In this document: one piece after another, positions 47,536 through 62,048 of the stretch
How the letters are laid out: each line of letters begins with the position of its first letter
Numbering within the stretch: the stretch's first letter is position 1
DNA from: Octopus sinensis
Lineage: Eukaryota
Reading direction: 5' to 3'
Assembly (NCBI RefSeq): GCF_006345805.1
Contig: NC_043017.1
Coordinates: forward strand, 13,702,001 to 13,766,000
Length of the DNA: 64,000 nt
Notes under the pieces: generated by a model
Told to the model about the DNA's origin: nothing
Database searches by the model: none
What the model saw: the letters and a program-made list of their open reading frames with translations, nothing else
Made by a program: the position numbers and the translations under genes

Positions 47536-48904
47536 TGTAATGTCATATTTGCACCCAGTGTATCCTTGTCTAAGGTGGTAGTGTGTAATTTAAGGGGGAC
47601 TTAGCTTCTACTTTCTAGCTACTCCAGCAGTCATGTACAAAGTCTGTCTTTGGTTCATTAAAAAATTATCAGAAACCTGTTGATGTTGTTCTTGTTGGAC
47701 TGTTGCAAGAAGTGTGTGAATCTGAGAGGGGAATATGTTGAATAATATGATTAACTGATCCTCCTCTATTTTCTTTTAGCCAAAATCAGGAACTTTTCAG
47801 CATCTCCTCATAGATTACTCCACTTTTCAGGATGGCATTTGATACATTGTCCTTTTAACTGAGGGGGTACTTGAAAATTTGAATTTCTAAAAGTGGCAAT
47901 CCTATTAAGACAATAATAATAATAATGAAATTATTGTATACAGTGCTCAGGTGCACTACAACTCATCAGAAAAAGTAACCAAAACAGCATGAAGAGTTCG
48001 TAGAATATACACAGGAAGAGAACAGTGAATAAGTCTTCAAAAATCAAAAGAAAAAAAAAAAAGAAACGGGGATGGTGGGGCCATCAGATGTACTATTGAC
48101 AAAAATTTCAGGAAGCATAGAAGTTTTGAAAGATTTAGTGCCTCGACGGCTAACAAATTGAATTATATTAATGGCACCTGTGCTGGTGGCACGTAAAAAG
48201 CACCCACTACACTCACGGAGTGGTTGGCATTAGGAAGGGCATCCAGCTGTAGAAACACTGCCAGATGAGACTGGGCCTGGTGCAGCCTTCTGGTTTCCCA
48301 GACCCCAGTTGAACCATCCAACCCATGCTAGCATGGAAAATGGACGTTAAACGATGATGATGATGATGATAAGTATGTTCTGAAAGCATAACTAACTGGC
48401 ACTCCATCAGTTATGACAATGAGGGTTCCAGTTGATCCAATCAACAGAAAAGTCTGCTCGTGAAATTAATGCACATGTGGCTGAGCACTCCACAGGCATG
48501 TGTACCCTTAATGTAGTCCTCAGAAAGATTTAGCATGACACAGAGTGTGACAAGGCTGACCCCTTTGAAATACAGGTACAACTAATAATTGCCAACTGAG
48601 TGGACTGGAGCAATGTGAAATGAAGTGTCTTGCTCAAGGACACACTGCATAGCTGGGAATTAAACTCAGGACCTCACAATCATGAGCCAACAGCCCTAAC
48701 CACTAAGCCACATGCCTTCACTCTGAAAGCATAGTGGCCAGGAAAAAGTTCCGAGAGTTGAGCGGAAAAACATGATAGTATCTTGCTTAAGGATACAATG
48801 TGATGCCTGGTCCAAACCTCTGGCCTTAACATGAACCCGACACCATAATTACCTTGACTGAGAGGACAGAACCATAGATACATTTAAAAGGTCATTAAAA
48901 TATT

Positions 48905-49145
48905 TATTAGAAAATGTATTTTATAATAATAATGAAATTATTGTATACAGTGCTCAGGTGCACCACAACTTGTCAGAAAGTGCATATAAAGTACATGCAG
49001 TAATGTAAAAATGTCTGGAAAGCGAACAATGTATGAGTCAGATACATGCCTGTGTGTGTATGGAGGGGAGAAAATCAGGTGTAGTGTTGGCAAATCTCAG
49101 AAAGCATGGAAGTTTTGAAGGATGCAGTGCTCCGACAACTAACAG
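48905..49145 (-). mobile_element. CR1 LINE 3' end
   Basis: Reverse complement of 9090-9296. Confidence 0.8.
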
Positions 49146-49507
49146 CTGTTTTTTTTTGTTATTTCAAGAAATTTCTACCATCTTCATCATCATCGTTTAA
49201 TTAGTGGGTAATGAGAGTCAATAGAGAGACTCGGTGAAGCATCAAACAAAGCATTTTGTGGTATTTGTTTTTGTTGTCTAGGCTCCCAAGAAGATTAACT
49301 TTGCCTTTTGTCCCTTTATTCATTGACCCCCATTTTGGTGTGATAAAGGGACAGTCCAAGACGAGGGGTTTGATGGTGAAATTGTTAGAAAGAAAATGTT
49401 CAACCCCTGAGTTCAAACACAAATCTGAATATACATTTATTTAGAAAGTGCTTTAACAAATCCCTGATTATTTCTTTAGCTTATCATCCTCCATGCCAGT
49501 TTTTTAG

Positions 49508-50080
49508 GAGCACTCCGTCAGTTACGACAATGAGGGTCCCAGCTGATACGAACAGCTTGCTCGTGGAATTAACGTGCAAGTGGCTGAGCACTCCACAGAC
49601 ACGTGTACCCTTAACGTAGTTCTCGGGGAGATTCAGCGTGACATAGTGTGTGACAAGGCCGGCCCTTTGAAATACAAGGTACAACAGAAACAGCAAGTAA
49701 GAGTGAGAGAAAGTTGTGGTGAAAGAGTACAGCAGAGATCACCACCATCCCTTGCCGGAGCCTCGTGGAGCTTTAGGTGTTTTCGCTCAATAAACACTCA
49801 AAACGCCCGGTCTGGGAATCGAAACCGCGATCCTATGACCGCGAGTCCGCTGCCCTAACCACTGGGCCATTGCGCCTCCACATGCCAGTACAGGAAGAAA
49901 GGGTGAGAGAAAGTTGTGGTGAAAGAGTACAGTAGGGATCACCACCACCCCCGGCAGGAGCCTCGTGAAGCTTTAGGTGTTTTCGCTCAATAAACACTCA
50001 CAATGCCAGGTCTGGGAATCGAAACCGCAATCCTACGACCGCGAGTCCGCTGCCCTAACCACTGGGCCATTGCGCCTCCA
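49508..50080 (-). mobile_element. SINE family C plus an adjacent second head/body copy
   Basis: catgccagt repeated at all three junctions. Confidence 0.82.
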
Positions 50081-50565
50081 CATGCCAGTACGGGAGCAGA
50101 CAAAAGAGAGAGGAGGGTCTGAAGAGGTGTAAAACCATGAATACAACAGAAATAGAATATGTCTGTCTTCTAATTTCATTAAGTTTCCTCACACTTAACT
50201 GGTACTTTAATCATTTCTTCTTTTTTTCTTTTTTTGTGATTCATGTGTTAGAGATTAATTAATTAATCATCAGATATTTATTGGAGATGCTGGTGCAGTT
50301 GGTCATTTACCTGTTTGATTGATTATAGTCACCATTCTTCCCTGTTTTTTTGGTTTTGTGCCATTATAGAAAAAAACACCAAACAAATAAATAATCAATA
50401 TATTTCTTTAATTATTAATTAAGAGCACAAAATAAATCCATTCTGTCATTACTATTTTTATAGTTACGGTTTCAACTAATTGGGACCACAGAACTTTCCT
50501 TGATAAAGAGAGTTACAGTCAAATGACTTAATGCAGTAAATTACTGGTATATATCAACACATCAG

Positions 50566-50793
50566 TTAACCCTTTAGTGTTTAAACCGGCCATATCCAGC
50601 CCAAATATTCTACAAATTTTATATTCAAATGGGCGATATCTAGCCTCTCACACCTAACCTTCATTGACATTCTAAAAATAAACAATCGTATCATTGAAAC
50701 CTCAAAGCTATAACATAATGCATGATCAATTCAAAACAATTTGAGTGAAAAAGTATTACATTTAACAGAGTAATCTGAACACTAAAGGGTTAA
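50566..50793. mobile_element. piggyBac-type MITE
   Basis: TTAA|cccttta...taaaggg|TTAA. Confidence 0.8.
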
Positions 50794-51130
50794 ACCAGTC
50801 AGGCATGGAACATGATTTAGTTGTTACTCTTTATGTTGAAGGTTCAAACTTCACCAAAGTAAACTTTGCCTCTTCCTGGAAAGGACTCCCTAAAATGGGG
50901 TTGATTAAATATTCCTATAAAACATCCTAGATATGAAGGGAATTATAACAAAGTTCAAAGACAGAAGGCCCGTGAAGGGCTGAAGTACAAAATTTAATTG
51001 AAAGGCATTTTACTCAACAAACTTATATTATATTTTTTATCTTTTTTTTTTTTGTTTTACATGGAAATATTCCAGAATACTGAATTAGAAAGATGAAAAA
51101 TAAAGGAAAAGCAAGAAAAATAAATTAATA

Positions 51131-51525
51131 TAGGCTCAGGAGTGGCTGTGTGGTAAGTAGCTTGTTTACCAATCACATGGTTCTGGGTTCAGTCCCACTG
51201 CATGGCACCTTGGGCAAATGTCTTCTACTATAGCCTCGGCCTGACCAAAGCCTTGTGAGTGGATTTGGTAGACGGAAACTGAAAGAAGCCTGTCGTATAT
51301 ATGTATATATGCGTGTGTGTATGTCTGTGTTTGTCCCCCTAGCATTGCTTGACAACCGATGCTGGTGTGTCTATGTCCCCGTTACTTAGCGGTTCGGCAA
51401 AAGAGACCGATAGAATAAGTACTGGGCTTACAAAAGAATAAGTCCCGGGGTCGAGTTGCTCGATTAGAGGCGGTGCTCCAACATGGTCGCAGTCAAATGA
51501 CTGAAACAAGTAAAAGAGTAAAGAG
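51131..51525 (+). mobile_element. SINE family A
   Basis: Matches the family. Confidence 0.85.
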
Positions 51526-51680
51526 TATTGGAATAAAATTAATGCCCACAATAATGTGTGTGTGTGTGTGTATTCTACTTCTGAGTTATCAGCAGCCATT
51601 GGTTTGAATTCATTAACAGCATACGTCTGCTGCAAACAATATGCTGAATCAGTTTTCCAAGTGACAGATAATGCAGGATA

Positions 51681-52075
51681 TCTTTATATATAAAAGTGAA
51701 GTTGTGTGTCTGTCTCCTACGATTTAGATTCCTAACTACTCCCACATTTTGCGGTGCAGTGTAACCAAAAGCGGGTATCTTATAGTTGTGATTCATATCG
51801 AGCCCTTCTGAATATTAGCGCGCGTCTACGATGAGTCTACGATTAAAAAAAAAATTTACCATCATTTTTCCCTATTTTTAATGCATTTTTTTGCTATAAT
51901 ATAAGGGAAGTAACTCTCTAAAAATGTATTATTAAATCTCAGAACGTAAAAAGCTACAGTAATACCCCCCTTTGTGGTTAGCCATATTGAGATGGCTATT
52001 ATACTTTACATCTCTAAAAATGCTTATATACTTATTTCCCTTACAAACCCGAGCAACGCCGGGCGATACTGCTAG
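51681..52075 (+). mobile_element. Non-autonomous Helitron with foreign internal segment
   Basis: a|TC...CTAG|t; segment of about 51928-52013 is absent from sister copies. Confidence 0.85.
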
Positions 52076-52199
52076 TTACTGTATATATAGTTTTTCATTG
52101 TGGCAAAGTTGTTAATTCCAAATTCCAGTTGTGTAAGGAGAGGATGCTTCTTGTGATGATTTAGTTAGTCAGTTAATTTTTTGGCTCAAAAAGCAAAAA

Positions 52200-52787
52200 G
52201 CAAGGCCATGTAGGGGGACATGGAGGTGTTCATGCAAAGAGTTCAGGCCATTTGTGGTCAAGGAAGACTTTGGACCGAGTAGTTGTTGGCATCTTCACTA
52301 TCTCGTCCGGCAGCTTATTCCATGGATTCGCAACCCGGACGGAGAAAGCCTCTCTCCTTCGATTGAGATGATATCGTCGCAGATAGAGCTTTTCGGAGTA
52401 ACCCCGCAGCCAACGTTCTGGAGCAGGAGTGAAGAACAGCTCTTTCGAGAGGTTACACTTTCCGCTTATGATGTTGTGAGCAAGAATGAGATCACCATGG
52501 CGTCGTTGTTTTTCTAGAGAATAAAGGTCAAGCATCTTCAGCCTTTCTTCATAAGACAAATGCTTGAGACCAAGAACCATGCGGGTAGCCAGCTTCTGGA
52601 CTCTTTCGAGATGTTGTATGTCTTTGAGGAGATAAGGAGAAGAGGCTTGAATCCTGTACTCCAATATGGGTCTCACCAGTGTGACATAGGGCGGTAGGAA
52701 TATGGCTGCTGTGAGCATTCCGAATGACCGTCGAATTGAAGACAGAACTCCACGTGCTTTGTTGGCAGCATGGACGCACTGGGCCAA
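52200..52787 (-). mobile_element. CR1-type LINE RT C-terminal fragment
   Basis: LVRPILEY..LERVQKLATRMV..LSYEERL..LYSLE..RGDLI..FSVRVANPWNKLP. Confidence 0.88.
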
Positions 52788-52934
52788 AGGCGAAAAGGAA
52801 GGGAAGTCACTTCTTTGATTTTAGAGTCTTCAAATAAAACAGAACAAGAATGTGGAGTATAAAACAAAGCAACAATAATGTTAATAATAATATTGATGAT
52901 GATGATGACGATGACGACAATAATAATGCCTGCA

Positions 52935-53355
52935 GATCGTGGCCATGCCAGCCTCGCCTGGCCTCCGTGCCGGTGGCGCGTAAAAAACACTATCCGAGCG
53001 TGGCCGTTTGCCAGCCTCGTCTGGCACCTGTGTCGGTGGCACATAAAAAACACCATCCGAGCGTGGCCGTTCGCCAGCCTCGTCTGGCACCTGTGTCGGT
53101 GGCACATAAAATAACACCATCCGAGTGTGGCCGTTCGCCAGCCTCGTCTGGCACCTGTGTCGGTGGCACATAAAAAGCACCCACTACACTCACAGAGTGG
53201 TTGGCGTTAGGAAGGGCATCCAGCTGTAGAAACACTGCCAGATCTGACTGGCCTGGTGCAGCCTTCGGGCTTCCCAGACCCCAGTTGAACCGTCCAACCC
53301 ATGCTAGCATGGAAAGCGGACGTTAAACGATGATGATGATGATGATGATGATGAT
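52935..53355 (+). mobile_element. RTE 3'-UTR module with ~4 tandem 63-64-bp units
   Basis: gtggccgtt at 53000, 53063 and 53127; (gat)n tail. Confidence 0.85.
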
Positions 53356-53374
53356 GTATGGTGTTGCTGACAAC

Positions 53375-53700
53375 ATCACAAATAGCATGAAAGGGTGAAA
53401 AACCAAATTGTAATCAAGTAATGTATTCCTTGGAGAAGTTAATATTAAAAGGGGAATCTTCCAAGGTGACTCGTTTTCTCCCTTACTTTTTGTAATTGCA
53501 CTTATACCCATAACAGTGACACTTAGGAAAGTTAAGATGGGTTACCGATGTGGGAAGAAAGGCCCATCACTGAACCATCTTCTGTTTATGGATGACTTGA
53601 AATTGTCAGGAAAATCTGAAAAACAGGTAAATTCCTTAACCAAAACAGTCCAGAAGTGTAGTAGGGACATCGGTATGGAATTTACGATTACTCAGTACTT
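53375..53700 (+). mobile_element. R4/Dong-type RT core fragment
   Basis: RGIFQGDSFSPLLFVIAL..NHLLFMDDLKL. Confidence 0.8.
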
Positions 53701-54089
53701 AATATGAAAAGAGACAAAAAAGCAGCCTGCAGAGGATTGCAGTTACCCATCAGGAGAGACCATGGGTGAACCCGACGGGCACATAAAAAGCACCATCTGA
53801 ACATGGCTGATGCTAGTGTCCTCTGACTAGCTCCCATGCCAGTGGCACATAAAAGGCACTATCCAAATGTGATTGAATGCCAGGCCAACCTGACTGGCTC
53901 CTGTGTCGGTGGCATGTAAAAAGCACCCAGTACACTTTCGGAGTGGTTGGTATTAGGAAGGGCATCCAGCTGTAGAAACATTGCCAGATCAGACTGGAAC
54001 CTAGGGCAGCCACTAGCTTTCCAGACCTCAGTCAAGCTGTCCAACCCATGCCAGCATGGAAAACAGACATTAGACGATGATGATGATGA

Positions 54090-55725
54090 TGGTGGAGGAT
54101 GCTCTGAAAGTATTGTTTCTAGAATAAGAATAGAGTGGAGGAAGTTCAGAGAGCTATTACCTCTGTTGGCAAAAAAAAAAGAGACTCTCCTTCAGAGTGA
54201 AAGGTAGACTGTATGATGCTTGTGTGCAAACGGCTATACTCCATGGTAGTGAGACATGGGCTCTGAATGCAGAAGACATGCGTAGACTGGAGAAAAATGA
54301 AGGTAGTATGCTCTGTTGAATGTGCAGCATCAATGCACATGCACATCAAAGTGCAAATGTATTGAGAGAAAAATTGGGCATAAGAGAAATCAAATGTAGG
54401 ATGCAAGAGAGAAGACTATGTTGGTTTGGACATGTGATGCGTATGAATGAGGACAAATGCAGGTAGATGGCCCTGCTCGATCTGTAGAAAAGGTGTAGGT
54501 AGAAACTCCATAAGATGTACCCAGTGTAAGCTATGGACACATAAGAGGTGCAGCATCATCAAAGGAAGATTAACCGAGAAGATAGCTTTCGTGTGCGGCA
54601 GATGCACAGGGGCAATAAACACCACAGATGCTCAGAAAACAGATTCCATCACACTCCACGGGGAGAAACTAGAAGTAGTTGATAGCTTCCGCTACCTAGG
54701 TGACCAAGTTAGTAGTTGGTGTGGATGCTCAGAGAGAGTTACCACTAGAATTAGAGTAGCCCGGACAAAGTTTAGAAAGCTTCTACCCCTACTGGTGACA
54801 GAGGGCCTCTTGCTCAGAGTGAAAGGTAGATTGTACAATGCTTGTGTGTGAACTGCCATGCTACACAGTAGTGAAACATGGGCCGTGACTGCAGAGGACA
54901 TGCATAGGCTCAAAAGAAATGAAGCTAGCATGATCTGCTGAATGTGTAATTTCAGTGTGCACACACAACAGAGTGTAAGCGCCCAGAGAGAAATGTTGGA
55001 CATAAGAAGCATTGGATGTGATGTGCAAGAGAGATGTTTGTGCTGGTATGGTCATGTACTATGGTTGGAGGAGGAGAGCTGTGTGAAGTGCCACTCCCAA
55101 ACAGTTGAAGGAATTCGGAGTAGAGGTAGACCCAGGAAGACATGGGCTGAGGTGGTCAAGCATGACCTTCAAACGTGGGGCCTCACAGAGGCAATGATGA
55201 AAGACCGAGACCTCTGGAGATATGCTGTGGCTGCGAAGACCCGGCAAATAAAGTGAGTTCACGACTGTATCCTACACCAGTTTCGCATAACCAGCCCCAG
55301 CCATTTCAAAAGTACCTTGGATCGTAGGGTGACCTGCTGTGCTTGAGGAGACCTATTGAGTCAAGTACATCAACATCAAAATCAAAATGAAAATTAAATG
55401 GAAATTGTAATTGTGATACCCGTGCTGGTGGCATGTAAAAAGCACCATCCAAATGTGGTCGATGCCAGCGCAGCCTCGACTAGCTTCTGTGCTGGTGGCA
55501 CGTAAAAAGCACCAACTGATTGTGGCCGTTACCAGCCTTCTCTGGCCCCTGTGCCAGTGGCACGTAAAACGCACCCACTACACTCATGGAGTGGTTGGCG
55601 TTAGGAAGGGCATCCAGCCAGATCAGACTGAAGCCTGGTGCAGCCTCCAGGCTTCACAGACCCCGGTCGAACCGTCCAACCCATGCTAGCATGGAAAACA
55701 GACGTTAAACGATGATGATGACGAT
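54090..55725 (+). mobile_element. RTE-clade LINE, two fused 3' fragments with PHD-like finger, 3' UTR and tail
   Basis: CSICRKGVG..CTQCKLWTHKRC..CGRC, FRYLG, SETW, RGRPRKTW; 3' module ends (gat)n. Confidence 0.88.
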
Positions 55726-58241
55726 GAGTACTGGTCTTCAGTTATCTGAAACAGTTGTAAACTACGTGACAAAGATTGTTCTTATAGCCAACTTTATATC
55801 TGTTAGAAATAGTAACTATATCTCCAACCAATCTCACGTTAACATCTTTTAAAAGGACACTCAAACACTTCTCATAGCTTAGAGTGGAATTTGAGATTAA
55901 ACACTAACAACAACTCAAGGAAAGAAGGAGCATCAGCGCAATCTTAGTCATCTATTATATTTTCATTCTATATTGGAATAAAAATTGATGCTTCTTTATC
56001 TTTTGAAAGTAAAAGTAGTTACCTTGTCGAAAGCAAGTGTTTTCCAGGTAAAAAAAAAAGGTGTTCTTGGAGGGAGTCTTTTTATGAGTTATTTTAATTT
56101 TAACGTTTGCCATCTAATATGTCCAACAATACATGGGACTTGATGACGAGTACAGGAGATTGTTTTATAAGACGTGGTGACCGACAAGGAATTTTTTTTC
56201 ATTCAATAAAAATGACAATTTCTTGTGACAAACTCTGTTGAATATCAACTTGTGTGATAGGGGTTTTCTTTGAGCTTTCTAGTTTCACTACAACCAGAAT
56301 GAAGTGAAATGTTATGAAAAGGCCATAACTTTGTAGTAAAATTTTCTTGTACAATTGCTGTTAAATCATTGGCAACCAAATATACTTGACTGGTCAACGA
56401 TTATGTCTCGTTCATCTTAATTAGAAATGTAATTAAAATATATAGAGGATCTAATTTCAATAATGACAATGACGCATTGGTTGTTTCATAGCCATAGTTC
56501 TCACACGGACAAATACTAAAACATCCACAACAATATTACTGGGATCTTTTGCTCCCATAAAATAGACTTTAGATTCATACAAATCTTTATTTTACCGGAT
56601 AATTTAAAAACCATTATGACTTTTTAAAGCATGGCTATTTGTCTGCCTCTTACTTCAGTTCTCGTAGCGCCTCCACCACAGGTACGTTATTTTATCGGCC
56701 CAGGAAGGATGAAAGATGTTGGCGGAATTTGAACTCTGAACATAAAAAAAAAAAGTGCCATCGTAATTACATGCAGCAAGGGTAGTGAGACATCCTGTAA
56801 ATATAGCAGCCCTAACACCTAGAAAAGTGGGGATGACACATTGGAAAATATAGCCCTAGACACATAATGTTCCAGTAAAGGAGTGTGATAGTCATGGGTG
56901 GGATTCCTTTGATTATAAGACAGACCTGGGGCTAAATAATTTCCACCGAAGACTTACATCGGATTCACTCGGTTCGTAATTCAAACATTTTCCCGCTAAT
57001 TCTCCCCACCCGGGGCCTTCTTTTAAAATGTAATTGGGTCTAGTGGAATAAAAACAGCAGTTTTTTTTTTGTTTTGCCGCCAGAATCTGATGAAAACACG
57101 AAGAATGATGCTAGGTTTGTCTGAGTGTATTCTGTAATAGGTCGATATTAAACACATCCTCACAATCATTGATCAGTTGTGTTAATATTATTATTATTAT
57201 TATAAACTATTATCATCATCATCATCCTCTACAAAAGTGTAGACATGCTGACAGCTGGAAATGTTGATAGTAAAAAGAGAAAAAAAATGGAAAAAGATAA
57301 GGAATAAGGGAGGAGAAAGAAGCTAAGACGGCGGTGGACGGAAAGCAAATGGAAAGAAACTGAGAAATAATTTCGTTTTCATGTTTAGCAGAAACTTCTG
57401 GATTAGTTGGCCTTTAATCATAGGTTTGCTGGGATGTGTGTGTGTTTGTGTGAGTGAATGAGAGAAAGAGAGATAGAGAAAGAGAGAGAAGATATTAGGG
57501 AACAGATGTGTGTGTATCATGTAAGGAGAAGTGAACGGGGGGAGAATGAAATGTATATTAGTAATGAGAGAGGAAAAGAAAGGAGAAAAGGTAATAGAGA
57601 AAGATTGAGGAAAAGATAGATTGGAGAGACAGTAGTAAATCCATAGAGTGATAGAGAGAATGAGAGAGAGAGAGAGAGATTGAGAGGAAGTAGAAAAAAG
57701 TGTTGGAAGAAGGAAGGGAAAAGATAGAAAGGGAGAGATTTTCACCTGAGAAAGAAAGATAGAGGAGGAAGAAAGAGAGATAGAGAAAGCAGGAAGGGGA
57801 GAACGTGTGCGTGTGTGAGAGAATGAAAGAGTAAGAAGGAGGTGGGAGGGAGAAAGAGAGAGAGAGAGAGCGAGAGAGAAAATAAACCGCTGTGTTGTAA
57901 CAGTGAAGTTGGCAGCGAAAGAGAGTAGGAGTAATGTGTAGTACTCCAATAGTAATTTAATTGACTTTAACACATTAAGAACAGTAATAACTACTATATT
58001 AGTAACAACAACGACAGCAATCACAACTGCATTAATAATAACACAACAATAACAGTAATAATAGCAACTTTTACCACTTGACAGCCAGGGTGGTGGCGGT
58101 GATAGTGGCCTTTTATATATACCCGATATTGGCCAAGTCTTCTTCCGAATATTGGCAGGTACCCGTGGATTTATTTCATCACAACATATAAACTTATATC
58201 AAAACAGCCATCATTAACGACATCATCATTACAGTATCACC

Positions 58242-58285
<44 letters not shown>

Positions 58286-59446
58286 CTGTCTGCAAGAAGA
58301 AATCTGAGAGGATTAACAGAAACAGGAGATAATTTCTAAAGAAGAAGAAGAATGGTTTTGGTGCCGAGATACTATTCTATCTCTGCTGCCATATTTTGAT
58401 ATATGTAAAAAAAAAAAAAAATACCCAAACAAACAAGGATTTATTCTGGGGAAACAAAAACCAAAATCTACCACCTAAACACACAAAATTGTATATATAT
58501 ATACACACACACACACATTCATAATATATATTGTTTATGCAATATAGTTCTGTGTCTAGAACTTACACCTTATATATACACACATGTATGTAAATTTGTC
58601 TATGTAATATCTATCTATCTATCTTTCTATCTACCTACACTAACATATCTGTGGATCGGTCTATATAACATATAAGATACGTATTGTACATTTGTGTATA
58701 TAAATACATATTGTAAATTCTATAACATATATACACTCGTTTGTAAATATGTTCATATAAAAATATTTACAATCATGTATGTAGACTTGTATATTATATA
58801 ATACACAGTATAAATGTACAGATATGTAAATTTTTCTCATACACACACATTTATGTAAATTTGTCAACATACAGCATGTACATACAATATATATACTGGT
58901 GATTTCTGAAAGTGTGTGCATATATATATTTTATATATATAAAAAAATTAAACAGCAAAAAAACAAAACAAAAAAGAAGACCCATGAAGAAGCTAATTTC
59001 TTGCAAAGTGATGGATAACCTGGGATAAAGAGATAATTACCAATTCGAAGAATTATATAAGCCAAAAGGATTCTTATTTTATTTAACAAAAGACTGGATT
59101 TATGAAGGACAAATTACCAAAACAAGACTTAATTGCTATTGTTGCTATTACTGCTGCAATTAACACCACTACAAATATTATATTCCTACTGTGGTAGTGG
59201 TTTATATAAACAAGGGAAGTGTGTATATATATTATATATACAATAAAACGTTGACCACTGTGGAAAGACAACAGTATTAACAAGAACAGGCCTTGTATGA
59301 GTGATGTGGTGAGTGTATAGAATAGTCGAGATAAAAAGAGTATAGAAGGGACATTATATATATATATATTTATTATAAATAGACAATTGGTGATTATGTG
59401 TATTATATATGTGTGTAGAAAGAGTGTCATGTAGTGTGAGTGAAGG

Positions 59447-59479
<33 letters not shown>

Positions 59480-60192
59480 AAGGGAGTACAAATAGATTTC
59501 TAGTGACGCGACAGAAATATAGAGAGAGGGGGAGCATTAAGATATATACATATATAAAGAGAGGAGGAGTGAGAGGATAAACGTAATAGAAAAAAGAAAT
59601 TGATAGACAGAAAAGCAGGCGCAACAAGACATTAAGTGACAGAGGTTAGGGTGGAGTGAAAGGAAGAGGACTAGTGGACAAAGATAGATAGAGAGGACTA
59701 ATGAGGTTTAATTAAACCAGTAGATAGAGAGATAAAATTAGAGAGAGGGAGGGAAGAGTCACTGCTAAAGGAGTGCAAGAGTGTTAGCGAGAGGAAGAGT
59801 TAGGACAGTCGATAGAAAGAGGCAACACAACCAGTGTCGATAGATATATAAATAGAAGGAGGGGAAGAGGCTGTAGAGAAAGTGTGAGGCCAGTATCGAT
59901 AAACAGAGATCGAGAGAGGGGTAGGAGTGATAGAAATACGGTAGAGAGGTGTGAGAGGCGCAGTAAGACCAGTGTCGATAGACAGATAGAGGGGAAGGAG
60001 TGATAGGAGCAGTCAGGCCAGTGTAAATAGAAAGATTAAAAGAGGGGGAAGGAGTGACAAAAGATAAGATAGAGAGGGTGTGAGTGAGAGGAGCAGAGAG
60101 GCCAGTGTGGATAGACCAATTGATAGAGAGAGGGGAAGAAATAGTGATAGGGAAAGATAAGATAGAGAGGGTGTGAGTGAGAGGAGCAGTGA

Positions 60193-60339
<147 letters not shown>

Positions 60340-61435
60340 TGACAGAAAATAACAAACGAGCATCTTACATTTTTAAATGTTTTTTTTTCTTCAATGTTCA
60401 TTTTTGTATGTTCGTGTTTAATTTAATTGGATTATTTATTTAATTATTTTCCCATCTTTTTACCTGTTTACCTACTTTGTCTGTCTATCTACCCATCCAT
60501 CCGTGTATCCATACATCTTCATAGCTACATATCAGTTTATTTAAGTATCTACACGCAGACCCCTCTATTTACCCATGTATCTCTCTATGTATGTATGTAT
60601 TCATCTATATCTTTCTATCCATCCATCCATTTGTCTATCTACCCTCATGTCTACCCGTATAGCTACAATCTGTTTTTATTATGTTATTCGGACGTTTATG
60701 AAATATTTTTTTTCCCTAAACCACACTTTTTCAACCCCATTGTTCCCCCTTACAGCTCCCTCTGTCCACTGATATATGATTTTTTTTCTCCACAGATTTC
60801 ATATATCCCTTCTTTGACAACCACCCCCACACTTTATTTTTCCCTCTATAGTTGTAAAAACCATGTCACAACTATTTCAATCATACCCCTTTTCTCACTT
60901 ATATTTAACTCCCCCCTTTAAATGTCCCTCTCTGTGAAACTCCCCACCTTTCTATCCGACATCATCTCCACCTGTAATTAAATCTGTCTCTCTATAAACA
61001 TCCAGTCCAACCTTCATGAAACTTTGATTTCAAAATCCTCACCCATCCTTAATTGAACCATTATTTACTCCTAATTCATCCGGGTGTGTATGATAACAGT
61101 TTTCTTATGAGACAGTACACACACACACACACACACACACACAATGATGAAGTTATATATATTGTCTTTCATGATTATCACAGTTATTATATTAATGGTT
61201 TGAAATTTTGACACAAAGCAAGCAATTTCGGGGCTGTGGGTAAGTTGATTACAACGGCCCCCAGCATTCAACGGGTACTTATTTACACGATCTCGAAGAA
61301 ATTCGAACTCGGAATATAATAATAATAGAGTATATTGTGTGTTAGGGTGTATAACTATGCGTAGGTATATATATATGTGTATATATATATACACATACAT
61401 ACACACATAGTATATATGTATATATATATATATAT

Positions 61436-61467
61436 GGCGATCGTGCTACTACAAACGAAAGATCGCC
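61436..61467. mobile_element. 32-bp minimal remnant of GG-terminal MITE family 3
   Basis: ggcgatc...cgaaagatcgcc within (TA)n. Confidence 0.55.
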
Positions 61468-61534
61468 ATATAGGCTACATACATACACACATAGTATATA
61501 TATATATATATATACATACACACATAGTATATAT

Positions 61535-61567
<33 letters not shown>

Positions 61568-61989
61568 CACATACATACACACATAGTATATACTCTCGCA
61601 TACATGCAAATGTGTGTTTATAATTGTAGGTATATATGTGTTATATTATACATGTATATATATTCGGGTGTGTATGTGTGTATACAGACACACGCGCGTA
61701 CACAAAATTAAATAGTGGACGTAAGTGTGGTTGTTTACATGTCCAGTGTCTGATCAAAGATGTTGGTATTTTAAGGCCGACCATTTTGAAACTTGGGGTA
61801 CAAATTGGTTTGACGAAGTTAAGAAATATCTTAACTCTGTAAACACTTTTAAGTGGGGGCTTTTTAACTTGGACATCGTAACATACACACGCACATATAT
61901 AGCAAATATAGCAAGAGGCGAATGTATTTGATTCATTCCTTCGTTGGTTTTCTTTTTTGAAACAAATTGATTATAGCCCTAAATAATTT

Positions 61990-61995
61990 CTAGTT

Positions 61996-62048
<53 letters not shown>

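Noticed and set aside
49278-49410. Exon-like frame APKKINFAFCPFIH*PPFWCDKG with in-frame TGA (selenoprotein or edited stop), plus an 11-bp hairpin
   Set aside because: No SECIS found, no recognisable homologue, and G 5' of the A disfavours ADAR editing. The hairpin alone is too weak to call a miRNA.
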